The notes under the pieces: generated by a model
What the model saw: the letters and a program-made list of their open reading frames with translations, nothing else
What the model was told of the DNA's origin: nothing
The model's database searches: none
Part shown: piece by piece, positions 1-19,563 of the stretch
How positions within the stretch are numbered: the stretch's first letter is position 1
Layout of the letters: each line of letters starts with the position of its first letter
NCBI GenBank assembly: GCA_043228905.1
Contig: JBHGNT010000005.1
Coordinates: forward strand, 15,376,001 to 15,440,000
DNA: 64,000 nt
Reading direction: 5' to 3'
From: Azolla caroliniana
Lineage: Eukaryota > Plantae > Polypodiophyta
Position numbers and translations under genes: made by a program

Positions 1-252
1 TATAAGTCTACCCTTGTTTGCCCTGTTTGTTCTAAGGTGTCAATCACATTTGATCCGTTTATGTATTTATCCTTACCCCTGCCATCAACCACAACTCGAA
101 CATTGACCGTCAAAGTGTTTAGCACGGATGGAAGTACTGCCCCCACACCTTATACTGTTACAGTTCCAAAGCAAGCCAGACATAAAGATTTGATGCAAGC
201 ATTAAGCAAAGCTTGCAATTTGCGAAGTGATGAGAGACTTTTATTCACAGAG
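1..252 (+). CDS. Ubiquitin-specific protease (plant UBP8/9/10-like, USP4/11/15 clade), internal exon; gene starts upstream of the window
   Basis: Frame 1 reads YKSTLVCPVCSKVSITFDPFMYLSLPLP...ERLLFTE, a typical USP segment; GT donor at 253 (AG|GTATGT). Confidence 0.95.
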
Positions 253-1526
253 GTATGTGCCATCATTAAGCATTGTTTAATCTTTTTATGTTTTTGCTAA
301 ATCTGCCTTTCCGGACTAAACATTTCCCTCTTCACATGCATTTTGTGATGTCTCTATGTGATCCTTGGTACAATAGGATTATGATGTTTAACTCAACGCA
401 GGCATGAGTAAATATGTTGGATCACAAATTTCTATTTAATTGACAAAAAGTAGAGTACACAAAGTTATGTGTATATCTGAGAGTCATGGCCAAAAGATCT
501 TGTTTCTCCTTGAAAGAGGCATCCACAGCCAGTCTTTGGGGATACTTGAGAGACAATGTGATGCACAGCTAGTTCCAGTGACCACACACCAAGCTATTGT
601 TGTTCAATATGTTGGTCAAATCCACCCCCTACACAGAGTAGAGATATTGAAACCAATAAATACTCCACAATCTGGAGTATTGGTTTCCACATCAAAAAGC
701 TATTAATTGAGGTGCATGATACGGAATGGAACTTCAGTATTGCACGATAAAGGTAGAGCCGAGTTGGGAGCAGTCCTCATAGTCATGCATGTAGTTTTTG
801 AAACCAGATTTTTATACATTGAGTCTGGGAATTCCCAAGCCACTATGTATGGGTGGCTATTCACTCATCGATATGACTAGCAGAGGATGTAAAACTGGTT
901 AATGCTATTCACAAACAAAAGATTGGTTTTGAGCATATGATGTGGATATGGGTTCATCCGGCCATTTGAGTATAGTTTTCACTGCCCGTTTTTGGATAAG
1001 ACCAAGTCAGGAGATATAATGTGATAAGGACAGATACCACTAGCCTGGACACATACCAAACATGGATTAATCCTTAAATGAAACTAGGCACAAAGATAAC
1101 CAATTATAAACCGCTCTTCTTACATATATCCCTTAATGGTTTCATTATCGAAGACAAGTATATAGAGACATATGTCACGTGGTCTTCATGCAGCGATTTA
1201 GCAGATTCAGATAGCCTTCAGGGACGCACAAACCTATTGGTTATTCATGATTAAATTTCAAGAATTTACTTTTAGGAAGCAAATGTAGAAAGACATTATT
1301 CGTTTTTGTTTTTTTTGGTTTCTTTGTTACTCATGTTGATTGAACGTAAATAGTTGGAATCATTCTCAGTTATAATCAGTACCCGTTACTGTATTTTAGA
1401 GTTGTTATATATATTGTATTCTTATAGCTTATCATTTATTTTTTACTCTGTATACTTGGTCATATTATTGGATTATATAGAAGAATATCATGAAAATTTC
1501 CTCTTGTGCGCACGCCTTTTTTTCAG

Positions 1527-1675
1527 CCATATAATCATCGTCATTTTCGAATTTTGGAAGATCATGTGGATTGGTTGACTGCTGTTCGCGATGATGGCCT
1601 TATAACAGCACACAAGCTTTCCAAGGCAAAAGAAAAGACACAATTGCTGGTTTTCCTGAATCGATGTATGGAAGA
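1527..1675 (+). CDS. UBP exon (PYNHRHFRILEDHVDW...LVFLNRCME)
   Basis: TTTTTTTCAG acceptor, GA|GTAAG donor, open frame in phase with both neighbouring exons. Confidence 0.85.
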
Positions 1676-1808
1676 GTAAGTGAGAATTCCAGTAGTATTT
1701 GCATAGCACTGGCCATTTGTGCTTGCATTATTTTTCCTAATACTGATGGATCTCCCACTTTTCTATGAGTAGAGCATTTTTCCGACATAAGTTTTCCTTG
1801 GTATGCAG

Positions 1809-2336
1809 AGATGCAATTCTCAAAAAGCAGTCCAAGAACTTTGGATCTTCTCCATTGATTGCTTGTGTTCCTGAAGAAGACTTTCAAACTGGAGCAGATC
1901 TGTTGCGTGTTTTCAAAAATCTTCTTCGCCCATTGAACAAACATTCAGATGAAGATTCTGTAATGTTTGAGAATGATGGATCTTCCATGACAACTTCTGA
2001 AAACAGCTTACCTGATGGTTCATGCAATGGATTGAAACAAGAGTTGTTTAAGTTCTGGCTTACAGAGGATAGGATCACTTTCAAAGATGTACCTATAGAA
2101 TGGGATAAACCCCTTCCTGGAGCTTTTACATCTGGTCAGGTCAATGCTCCGATACATATTACTGTTGACTGGTCAGAATATGCCTTGGAGCAGTATGATT
2201 CAAAGCAATTAGAGGTTATAACAGAATCACTTAGAGCGGGATATTCTGCGAAAAAACTGCGGCAAGAGGTAGTGTCTTTGTACAGCTGTTTGGAGGCCTT
2301 TCTAAAAGAGGAGCCGTTAGGACCAGAAGATATGTG
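1809..2336 (+). CDS. UBP exon (DAILKK...SLYSCLEAFLKEEPLGPEDMW)
   Basis: Inside ORF 1765..2340; conserved SLxxCLEAFLxEEPLGPxDMW motif; TGCAG acceptor, TG|GTAAG donor. Confidence 0.92.
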
Positions 2337-3971
2337 GTAAGTTGTTTCACCTGATGGGTCTCTATTCTCTTATCTGTTATCGTATGCATTCATTTTATAC
2401 ATAGACAGCTTGCTAAATCTTCTGCAACAATCTTTTCACTGCTATTAATATTTTATTAGGTTTAATTTTGTTTGAGAACTCGTCTCATTAGTTGCTGAGG
2501 CAGGTCAAGAATCTCTTGCTTGATAGCCCATATGGGCTTTCAAAGTGGGAACCTTGCTGCCCTGACATTTATACTTTTGCCTGTCTTGTTTTCCTATTCC
2601 TCAGCCACCACAAAAGCTCCTTTCTTTTTTTTATATGTCATGAATCATGAAGTCAATTCTGGAAATACACTGTCAATTGGACAATGAAGTGCATAACCTG
2701 GCTTTAAATGTTCATTATTTGTCACTACAAGTCAACCAAAGGAAAAAGGTTGTGAGCTTGTTTCTAGGTCCTACTTAGTGTTTAAGCATTTACCACATAG
2801 TGTGTATCTCTGAAGTTCATGTAAATTGTTGCACTTGAGCTTAGTTATGTACTATCATTGATGGTGGTAAAGTAATGAACTCTATAAAAAAGATAGCTGA
2901 CACTTTCAGTGCGTTGTGCACAAAGTGTGAGGTGGACACATAGTCTTTTATTAGAGTATGAATGATTAGTGAACATATGATGTTTGCATGACCATGTGAG
3001 TCATATGATGTGAATTGTGAGTGTGAGGATAAATTGGTTTAATAGTTAGTTGGTGGAAAGCAAGCATGGGTCCCACCTGGCATTTTGCGTGCATCTGGAT
3101 ATAGGATGTGAGCATGCACTCTACATTACGTTTGTATGAACCTAAAGTCATATATGAAAACGGGGGTAAGGTCATCAAGGCTATCAAGTTGTTAATCTAC
3201 TTCTATTATTGTAATTGTGAGCTCTGTACAATAGAATCAAGATTTTTTTGTTTAGTTCCTTTCTAGTATATTGTTTAGTTTCTATCTAATTATTATAATC
3301 ATTCCTTTTTGTTCCTCTATGGTCTCCTGTTTCAAAAGCTCCGTGGTTCCACCCTGGTGCACACATATCCACAACTCAACAGAACAACTTCATTATGACA
3401 TGTTTCACTCTTATATTTTAGTCTTCTAATATTTTGTTTTGCGTATATATGTTTGTTCTTAGGCAAGAACTTAATAAAACACAATGCGCATAAATATATC
3501 TCATCATATGTGGCGTCAACAATCAAGATGGAAATCTTGAGGATGAGTTATGATCAGGGAGAATCAAAGCTGATGAATTCAGCCAGGGCTTGCGATATTA
3601 ACATGGGTTTGCCAAGGGAAAATGATAGGGTGAGCCTAACATTTCTCAGTTTCGTCATTTCTGCTCCAAGCTGTAGGCTTACCTGAAAAAAACCACTGTA
3701 TAGAAACTTAACCCATCCCCCCTTGTTCTGAATGGTGATTTACATAAGGCAGGACAATCTATCATCCTCCAGCTATTATAATCAGCATTTCATAAGAGTA
3801 TTCAGAAATACAAATACAAACACAAATATTTCTTTATCTATTTATATATATCTTGAGAGAGATCATGTCTTTTTCATGAAATAAATCGTATATGCTTTTG
3901 CATTATATTCTTCAATATCTTTCATGAAAAAGAATATTAAAACACACGAATATATATTTATATATCTTAGG

Positions 3972-4118
3972 ATAGAATAGAATAGAAAATTTCTGTCCAT
4001 CATGAGGCCAAATTTGACCTATGGGAGCAAGTCAACATATCATCTTGTTTGTAACTCCCTAAAAGGGGGGATTATTACTCTGTAGTAGAAACTCTTGATG
4101 TGAAAATACTGCATGCAC
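3972..4118 (-). repeat. Dispersed ~145-bp repeat, copy 1 (intronic), with (ATTCT)n tail on the minus strand
   Basis: Aligns by eye with 8111-8250 (CAAGTCAA.ATATCATCTTGTTTGT.ACTCC...GGGGGATTATTACTCT). Confidence 0.75.
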
Positions 4119-4462
4119 ATATGTGCTCGCTCTTCTCAATGGTAATTTGAGTATGACACTTACATTATCATGCCGGTTTAACAATTCATCATATTTCTCA
4201 AGGGTTACCTATGTGCTGAGCATGCCATAAGTAAGTGATATTCATCCTCCACTAGGTTTTCATTGCCTATATTGCATATCCTTGTAAATATTTTGTGCAT
4301 TGTAGATCTTGTTAACCGTAACAAGAGTTGAACCCTATACCTTATTGTTCTCAAAGTTAGTTCTTGCTAGTTGCACTACCTTGAGAGAGAGAGAGAGATA
4401 CTCCATTGTGACACCCATTGGAGGTGGTGTTTTTCACATACATTTATTAATATAATTGTTTG

Positions 4463-4465
<3 letters not shown>

Positions 4466-4527
<62 letters not shown>
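4466..4527. repeat. (GA)31 microsatellite just upstream of the 3' splice site at 4537-4538
   Basis: Direct read. Confidence 0.98.
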
Positions 4528-4529
<2 letters not shown>

Positions 4530-4538
4530 TGATTTTAG

Positions 4539-4803
4539 GCATTGTCCGCGTTGCAAGGAACATAGGCAGGCTAGCAAAAAACTTGATCTATGGAGACTTC
4601 CCGACATCCTTGTCGTACACTTGAAAAGATTTTCCTACAGTAGATATCTTAAGAATAAACTTGAGACTTTTGTGGATTTTCCGATCCATGATTTGGACCT
4701 GAATGCCTATATTCCCCGTAAGAATGGCGCTGTATATAATCTGTATGCTATAAGTAATCACTATGGAAGCATGGGAGGAGGTCATTATACTGCTTATGTC
4801 AAG
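4539..4803 (+). CDS. UBP exon with His box ([31 protein letters not shown]...[17 protein letters not shown])
   Basis: USP catalytic His box; TTTTAG acceptor completes the split Trp codon; AAG|GTATT donor. Confidence 0.96.
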
Positions 4804-4891
4804 GTATTTTTCATTTTCTCAATAATCGATTCTCATCTGCATATTTGTTTATATTTTTGAAAGTGAATATTTATGACTATTATTTGTGCAG

Positions 4892-5044
4892 CTACAAGAA
4901 GACGGTGTCTGGTACAATTTTGATGATAGCCATGTTTCCCCTATTACTGAGAATGAGATAAAGACTTCTGGAGCATATGTCTTATTTTATCAACGGGTTC
5001 AGAGAGAGAATGGAAATGGTCCTTTGGTAGATGGTATATCTTAG
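4892..5044 (+). CDS. UBP last coding exon (WYNFDDSHV...AYVLFYQR...stop)
   Basis: USP Asp motif WYxFDD and AYVLFY; TGCAG acceptor; TAG at 5042-5044. Confidence 0.95.
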   Translation, partial: LQEDGVWYNFDDSHVSPITENEIKTSGAYVLFYQRVQRENGNGPLVDGIS

Positions 5045-6878
5045 AACAATAGTCACAAAGTTTTACAAACTGGTCTGCCAATTTCCTTGGAGGACCTTGG
5101 TGGTTTACTTAACCCTTTTTCAATTTTGATCACATAACTGGGGGCATCAAGCAGCTCTCTTCCCTGAGAAGAAATTTGGTATCCTCTTCTATGATTCTTC
5201 AATCAGCATAAATCTGAGGCTCATTTTCATATAGATAATTTGTAATAGCTGGTGGCAATACTTACAGATACCCTGATGTGAGTTTAAAGGAGAGGTGGTC
5301 TCGTAAAAAGCTTTTCTCTATCCTTTTTTTCCATTTGATGGGATAAAAGAGTTCTCATAAGATCCTTATATCTGTCTTTGTGTTCCGTTTGGAGGATATC
5401 AGAGTTGGTCTATTAAAAAGATTACATGTATTCTTTATTTTCCTTTTGGATACTGTACACATGCTTTGCCATGTAATGACCAAAGAGGCAAGTAATTCTT
5501 TGAAAATAATAAAGCGAGTTCGTCCTGTGTCCAAAGATAGAATGTGTTTGACGCTGATTATGTTTTTCTAAATCATAAATTCTTAGTTTTTGTCTAGGTA
5601 GCAGATCAAAGTTAAATGGGATTGTTTTATTATTTAAAATAGCCAACGCATGCACATTTGTTTGGAAAGCGTCTTTATTGAATTAGCTGTAGTATAGCAA
5701 CAGTGAGTGGTTTGACTGCCACTACAAATCAGCTTTTCTTGTGAGATGGTTTCTTGATAGTTAATGTTAGAATGAACTACCTTAGTTGGACTTCAAATTT
5801 AACCCTCAAACCACTTATTTTATTCTCCCATAAATGATCACATCTATTTCAAGCCTTGCTATGTTATTAGTAATACTACTTCGAATAGAGTTGTGACCTA
5901 GTGCTACTTGAGAGGAACATACTGCCAAATGAAAACCTGAGGTTGATATTCATGGTGCATGTATGAGGTCTGATAAAATTGGTTGAATATGTTTTAGATT
6001 TAAACTACAGTTTGAACTTTGGGACCATTATTTTGGCATAAATGGCTGCATTTATTTTCAAACTTCCATACAGAATTCATAGCCAATTGTGCTTCATATT
6101 GATTTGTGGTATATGCTACTTGTACGAAATTCTCCATGAAATGGGAACTTGAGGATGATACTTATGGTGTTTGTATGACATCTAATCAAGAATGACGGAA
6201 TGAGTTCTTGGTTGAAATAACCCTAGAAAAGATTGATAGTGATGTAATTTATGTGTACTAATAATAGAGATTTGGTTTTTGTAATATATTTTTTTCATTT
6301 GCCTCATTCATGTTCACACAATGGAACTCCTAATTACATTTAAATGTAATAAAATGTTATGTAATTCGAAACACAATGTATGCACATACATTAGGAAATT
6401 ACTATTAATACACCAAATAATTGGTGGAAGAAGCATGGGTTTTGGACCTGTTGATAGTTATTGCATGTGATATGTATTATGGGTTCCTCAATTTCCTTGG
6501 ATGGAGGGTGTCGCGCTATCTATCTTCTATTCAATATTTTAACATGGAATTGTTATTTAACTATAGAAAATAAAAGTAATTAGACAACACGTGGTCAAAT
6601 TTGATGCTTACAAAATGTCTTGATTTATATGATTTAATTCAAAAATATAAAGTTACTAGTTTATATATATGTAGGGTATAAATATAATATATAAATTTGG
6701 CGATCTCTACAAGATTACCTTAAAGTTGTCATGACCTAAAGAATTGATCTTGAAATGCAAGATTATCTTTATGAGAGGAAGTGTGTTGATATCATTTTTT
6801 TGTTTGCTACCAATATACATCATGATATTGTAAATAGTTTATTGGACTACACCACCTCCTAATCTACAAGGTCAACCA

Positions 6879-7451
6879 TAGCAATGGGAGCGGTTTGGTT
6901 CAGTTTCAAGGCAAAGAAACCAAACCGAACCGAAACCAAACCGTTTATGAACTCTCAGTATTTAAACCAAACCATTTAAGAAAAAGTTGAAACAAAACCA
7001 TTTAAAACCAAACCGTTTAGGGAAAAGTCAAAACCAAGCTGAACCATTTAATAAAAAATTTAAACCTAACCACTTAAATCAAACTAATTAAACATCGAAA
7101 TAAACAAAAATACATTAAATTAAATAAGAATTTAAGTTAAATTTAATAAATCAATAAAAGAAAATTTAATTGAACCATTAAATTAAATAAACATTTAAGT
7201 TAAATTAATTAAATCAATACAAAACCATTAAATCAATAAACTATTAAGGTTAACAAAAAGTTAGCCAAAAACTTATAAACTTTTAAACCAAACCTATAAA
7301 CCCGAGTGTTAGAACTGAACCGAACTGAAACCAAACCGTTTATCGAAAATCCAAACCAAATCAAACCATTAATTTTTTTGGGAACTAATAAACCGTTAAA
7401 CCATAGCTTAACGGTTTGGTTCAATTTGAGCCGAAACCGTGCCCATTGCTA
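6879..7451. mobile_element. Non-autonomous hAT-type element (MITE-like), 573 bp
   Basis: TIR TAGCAATGGG(AG/CA)CGGTTT; perfect 8-bp TSD GTCAACCA (6871-6878, 7452-7459); many AAACCG/AAACCA subterminal motifs. Confidence 0.9.
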
Positions 7452-7559
7452 GTCAACCAACCATTGCTATTGCAGGTTTGCTTTTTATATTAGTTTAGAT
7501 TTGAATTCATAATATTAATATTGATAACATATTTTGCCTATAGAAATAAGAAACGTCTC

Positions 7560-7830
7560 TTGATGAGGATATTGAGAAAAGTTATGATGTTGTGTCATAT
7601 AGTCATGGTAAAGGCTCACAATTTGAACATGCATTAGGGCGGTTTGAAATAAATGTTGCAAGCCATTCCATTACATATTCCTATTTCAATAACCAAGACA
7701 TTGACTATCCTTCATCAAAATCCCTTCATTCATTGCTATGCATGTATGATCAAAGGGTAAATGGAGGATTGATTATGCCTCACTTCTTAACGTTGGAGAA
7801 ATTTTTGGTTTCTGGGGTGCACATTACATA
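7560..7830 (+). pseudogene. Possible highly decayed LINE reverse-transcriptase fragment
   Basis: DIEKSYDVV resembles the LINE RT motif DxEKAYDxV; the rest is degenerate. Confidence 0.3.
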
Positions 7831-8110
7831 ACATGCAAGAAAAAGATATAAAAACTCCACACCATTTATATGATAGTGCCATCCATTCTCTCGAACATTG
7901 ATTGGGTTTGTTCATGGTACAAGATTTTATAACCCATCACATTCAAGGTCAAACATCAATCCTTCTATGGGTGCGCACACACACATATAGATAGATATGT
8001 ATATGAATAAATTGTATATCCCTCAACTTATTTAATACACCAAGAGCATAACATTTATAGATGTGCAAAAGCTGCCTCTCTAACAGAACATGAGATGACA
8101 TGTAGGTCCC

Positions 8111-8250
8111 ATAGAATAGAATAGATATTTTATTGTCCATGACGAGGACTTTGGGACCAAGTCAATATATCATCTTGTTTGTGACTCCTTTCTAAGATGG
8201 GGGATTATTACTCTATAGTAAAAACTATTGATCTGAAATAATGCACACAC
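8111..8250 (-). repeat. Dispersed ~140-bp repeat, copy 2
   Basis: Similar to 3972-4118, including the ATAGAATAGAATAG end. Confidence 0.75.
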
Positions 8251-8272
8251 ATACATCAATGGGAGGTGTGAC

Positions 8273-8619
8273 TAGGAAGCAACAATGGTTTGATTTCGGC
8301 TTAATTGGTTTGGTCTTGTCCAAACCAAACTGGTTAAGCCTTAAATGGTTTAGGAGTTTCCAAACTTGAACCTAACCGGTTCCTAAACCGGTTAAGCCTA
8401 AACCTATTTAGGAACCAGTTTAGCCAAGCCGATTAAGCTTTAACTAGTTTGGCCCAAATTGGTTCAGGTCGGCTTGAGCCATCCCAAACTAAGCTCAATC
8501 TAGTTAAGAAGCTCTAGCATAAACCGATTCAATCTGACCGAAACCACCAAATAGCCAAATCGTTTAAAAACGTTTTAATGGTTTGGTTTAGGCTTGAGTA
8601 GAGCCATTGCCGATTCCTA
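8273..8619. mobile_element. Non-autonomous hAT-type element (MITE-like), 347 bp
   Basis: Imperfect TIR TAGGAA.C..CAATGG; 8-bp TSD GGTGTGAC/AGTGTGAC (1 mismatch); AAACC/GGTTT subterminal motifs. Confidence 0.8.
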
Positions 8620-9989
8620 AGTGTGACTAAGAAACAACATATTGTGATGACATCTAATTGTGGTGACCTTCAAGTACTTTGCAAAAATAACCCTAGCATG
8701 TAAGAAAGACTATCATATCAACCTAATGATGCTAATGTCAATGATAATGGACCATAACATATGCTCATTAACATTAGGACAATGGCCATATTAACATGGA
8801 TTATTCATGACTACACTACATATTGGTTTGTTCAAGATTAGTGGCTTAAGATTGTAAAGCATGGCCCTCCATGAAGTCATTGGCTAAGATCAAATAATTG
8901 CTACATTATGGTAGCCACACCCTATCCCTAATTGAGTAGAACTATACGAAGAAAGGGTAGTTATATGGAATGTTCTATCATTTATGGAAATTTCCGCACC
9001 ACCTCTTGGCATACAAACTCACACTACATCCAAATCACCACGCACTATTGTATATAGTAAAGCATTTCAAGGAAGAAAAAGGTCATGTCGGATACTCATA
9101 ATATAGAAATTAGATATTTGAGAACAATATACATCGTCCACCAATTTAGTGCAATCATGTGAAAAGTGATTGGAACCATGAAGATTTTTAACTTCGGAAG
9201 ACATGATGGCGGGTGTTGTCTTTAGAGTTTTGACAATATTAAATGAGTAAGATTGCATGCAAACATTGTCGCCTAAAAACGCGTGTACGTGTGCTACTCG
9301 AGCGACACCACTGGGGGGCTTGAACTGGGGAGGAAGTTTGCCAAGTGAGATGATTTATTTGACCACATTGTTGTTCTCCTTGCGTGGCGACAACATGAAC
9401 GTAGGAAATGACGTGAACATAGGTGATGACACGAACAAATGGAGGAAATGATGTGAACAAAGGAGTTAACGTGAATGATGGAGTCACCACCAATGTAGGA
9501 GACGATGCAAGCAAAGGAGTCGACGTGAACGAAAAACGATGATGTGAATATAGGAGTCAAGGTACATGATCGTACACATGAGAAGAAGAAGAAGAAGAAG
9601 ATAATGATGATGATGATAATGAAGACGAAGAAGAACCATAAATACTCACGACGAAGAGGAAAACTACAACCCTAAAAACCTAGAGTATGTTGAAGAGAAG
9701 AAGAAGAACTAAGAATAAAAAAGAGGAAACCAAAACCCTTATGGTATGCTCCAATCCATGAAATGGACGACCATGAAATAAGCCCTCTTCTTTTTTTTTT
9801 ATAGAGAAAGAGCCGCCTATTTTTACAAGCTTTTCAACTGTATAGGCTTCGTACCCATTGACCTCCTCAATCAAGCAAGCTTCTATTTCGTTGCTAGAGT
9901 TATGAAATCCTCGTCCACTCTCGGGGTAGCTTTTGTCGCTTTTGTGTTCTTGGCTTCTATCCTTGGCAGTTGTTTTGTCATAAGACAAG

Positions 9990-10530
9990 AAGTTGTCCCA
10001 CACCTCTTGTGGTACATCCGTCATACCAAAATTGGGCCATTGTATCGTTCACATACTTGACCAAGAGGCGACTTCCTCCTCTTCCACCCCTTGTCTAGGT
10101 TTTGGCTCTATTGTAGCCTTGACTTCGGCTTCGACCTACCCCTTTAAGCTCTTGCAATCCTTCCTTATGTAGGTTTCCAAATTGAGTATTGTAGCACTTA
10201 CTTTTCCATGTCGTTGACATACTCTTCTCACTTTAGCCCAATCATTAGTGAGTTCATTTGCACCGTCATTGTCCTCTAGTTGGACTCTGATGACCATTCT
10301 TTCCATTTGGTCGATGGACTTCACGAACATTAGGACCTTATCAACTCCCACTAGTCTTTGATCACATCCTGAAAGTTGAGTAAAATGACATTGTAACTCT
10401 AGGAACACTTGTGTAGGACTTTGGTTTGTCTTTGATGATGCCATCTATTGGTAGAATTCACACTAGCCTCATCCCTTTGACTTGTCATAATCGTACTTCT
10501 CGGGTAATGCTTCCTTGAGGGATTCTCGTG
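9990..10530 (-). mobile_element. Decayed Ty3/gypsy gag-like fragment
   Basis: DKVLMFVKSID...LTNDWAKVRRVC aligns with KVLLFIKSVN...LTNNWNVVKRIC of the CCHC-bearing gag at 39579-40190. Confidence 0.55.
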
Positions 10531-11369
10531 AGTCATGAGCTTCTTGTTTTTCTCTTTCTTCCATTACTCTTATCATTATTCTTGATATTTGTGATTGAGA
10601 CAATTGATTTGCGTTATCCACGTCAAAAAATAGAAGGATACACATTTACAGTCAAGAGCTCTTACCCATCTATGGTAAGAGTTAGTAGGTGGTATGGTGA
10701 CTCTACTCATAGCTTCCTGAATTTGATGATACATTAGTTGTCCTCCATGTGCATCATGGCTAGTACTTGTTTTTGTTCTTCCCGGGAGTGTAGTAAAAAA
10801 GCTGGCCAGGTCTTAACTAAGTTACCTTCCTTTGTTTTCGATAAAATAATTATAATTACAATACATATATAGCCTAAAAGTATACCCCCCGTTAAACCCT
10901 CAATAGAAACACTTTGATACAATGCTCTGCCTTTGATAATATTCAACCATACTTTCCACACATCTTTGACCAAGGCCAATCCTTGCACGAATTTCTCTCA
11001 TAATCACAAAGTGCACTCTCGATTGCAACATTCATTGGTAAATTTCTTGAACATCAAGAGTCACTACTCACTTTCACACGTATCACGTGAAATGTAATGT
11101 TTTTGGTCTCATAGGTCATATTTGACCTCTAAAGATGATAATATAATCTCTCTCTCTCTCTCTCCCCTACTAGAAGATATTATATGTCGATATGGGTGTG
11201 TTGGGAAAATAGTGGTAGATAGGGAGAATTGAATGCTAATGAAAGTAGAGACCTCTTGGAGTGACTAGGAGTATAGCTCTCCTTTACAATTGCATAACTT
11301 AGGGGCCAACAAGAAGATAGAGAGAGGACATGGTCCTCTTCAAGCAACTTCGGTTTTTGATACTCCATT

Positions 11370-13208
11370 GGATTCCAACATTATTGATACAATACGTCAA
11401 GATTTGAAGACAAATGTCTTTGCTCAAGATAGCTTAGATCAAATTGATCCCACTTGAGCATCCTGTTCGTAGTCACAACAATCAAGTACGAATTATCGAC
11501 AATTCAAATGGCATGATGGATTATTCTTCTTTAAAAATCTTTTGTATGTTCCCAATGGTTTATCTTGCCTTCGAGTCATACAAAACTGTCATGATACATA
11601 TACGGTTGGACATTTTGGTAGTACTAAAAGGTTGGATTTAGTAACCCAATCATTTTGGTGGCCCCATATGCGAAGATTTGTCGAACACTAAGTTCGGACA
11701 TGTGATACGTGCTGCAGAACAAAGATGCCCTGACATCATGAGTATGGTTTATTGGATCCATTACCGATTCCAAGCAAGCCGTGGCAATCGTTTTCTTTGG
11801 ATTTTATCATAGATCTTCCGAATTCTAAGGGTTTCAACGCTATCTTAACAGTGGTTGATTGATATACTAAGATGGCACATTTCTTGCCTTGCACTAAAGA
11901 GGTCACTAGTGAAGACATCGCAAGTATTGTTACACGTGAAGTTTTCCGGCACTATGGTATTCTCGACACCATCATCAATGATCGCGCACCTCAATTAATA
12001 TCTAAAATTTGGAAACATCTCTTCACAATGCTCAAGGTGACCTGCAACCTCTCTTCCGGTTACCATCCCCAAGTGGAAGGACAAGCGGAACGTACAAATC
12101 AAATGTTGGAGCAATATTTTCGATGTTTCATAAGCTATGATCAACAAGATGATTGGGTAGATATATTACACTTTGCCGAATTTGCATATAATAATTCTAT
12201 CCACTCCTCTACTAGGCAACACCATTCTATGTGTATAAAGACTATCATCCTTGATGGTGTTTATTTGAAACTCTCGAATTACCCACAAATCCTAGTGCAC
12301 ACGATCATTTGTATCGACTACGTAAGATTTAGGCAAAACTGTCTAACCATCTACATCAAGCCCAACAAACACATAAGGACTATGCAGATCGTCATCGACT
12401 TCCATCCTGTTTCGATATTGGAGATCGAGTATGGCTACTATGACGGCACATAAAGACAACCCAACCATGTGCCAAATTGGATTATCAAAGGCTAGGCCCT
12501 TTTATTATTAACGGAAAAATTAATGATGTCACCTTTCGCCTTGGTCTACTTTCGCAATTATGGATACATTCGGTATTTCATTGTTCTCTCCTAGAACCAT
12601 GTTAGAAAAGCTCTATTCCAAATCGTACTACACCACCTCCGCCTTCGATCGAACTTGAAGATGGACCTGAGTACGAAGTTGCCGCCATCCTCGATTACAA
12701 GATAGTTCATAATAAGCTCTACTATTTGGTGGATTGGTTAGGATATAGTCTAAGCAATTGTACTTGGGAACCAATCAAGAATGTGGCAAAAACTCGAGCA
12801 CTTTTTGAGGAATTCCATCGACAGTATTCAGATAAATCAGGTCCTCGATCAAAGACGACTCGTAAAACTCGTCGTTCGAAGGGGGGGATAGTGTTATGAT
12901 AAGGCCCCAAAAGGTATTGAACCTGTGACTTTATGTTACACAAGTTGAGAGAATACCATTAGGATACCAATTATAATATAAAAGATATTATTTTCATTTA
13001 TTATTTCATTACAGAAAATTTAGGTATATTCTAGATTACTCTGGAACATTCTAGAAACTTCAGGAGTACTCTTGATAATACTATAAATAGAGGCATATGG
13101 CATTACTCAGAACCAGTTCGATTCAACGCCAGTCTTAAGCCTCTTAGTTATCTTGTACTCTTTTCATATAATATACTTCTCTGTTATTATACTTCTCTCT
13201 TCTCTCTT

Positions 13209-13242
<34 letters not shown>

Positions 13243-13390
13243 TTTCTCTCTCTCTCTCTCCCTTCTCTCTACATCTCGTAATAATTCTTATGGTACTCTC
13301 TCTCTCTCTCTTACTCTCTCTCTAGTACTAATCGTCTCCATCTCTACTACTACTCTTGTCAGTATGTATTGATTATTGCAAATGCCAACA
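11370..13390 (+). mobile_element. 5'-truncated chromoviral Ty3/gypsy element: integrase, chromodomain, PPT and 3' LTR (12892-13390)
   Basis: HHCC finger (HD...GH...CDTC), core DFIIDLP...VD.YTKMAHF, EYEVAAILD...YYLVDWLGY...TWEP chromodomain; PPT GAAGGGGGGGATAG followed by TGTTA...CAACA. Confidence 0.9.
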
Positions 13391-13542
13391 CTACATGCCA
13401 TGATCACCTCGGTGTCAATCTTCAGAACTTCGAGCTTCTTGTCTGTTAGAAGCTCCCAGATATGATGAAACCGCACGTCAATGTGTTTTTTCTTCAGGTG
13501 ATATATTGAATTTCTAATGGGGTGTATTGTGCTTTGAGAGTC
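13391..13542 (-). mobile_element. Older Ty1/copia element A, RNase H end (continues at 19564 beyond the nested insertion)
   Basis: DSQSTIH...KHIDVRFH motif; joins in frame across the GAGTC TSD. Confidence 0.85.

Positions 13543-19563
<6,021 letters not shown>

Noticed and set aside
440-1100. 88-aa ORF or decayed gypsy sequence in UBP intron 1
   Set aside because: Only a weak FDVET-like hint on the minus strand; not enough to support a call
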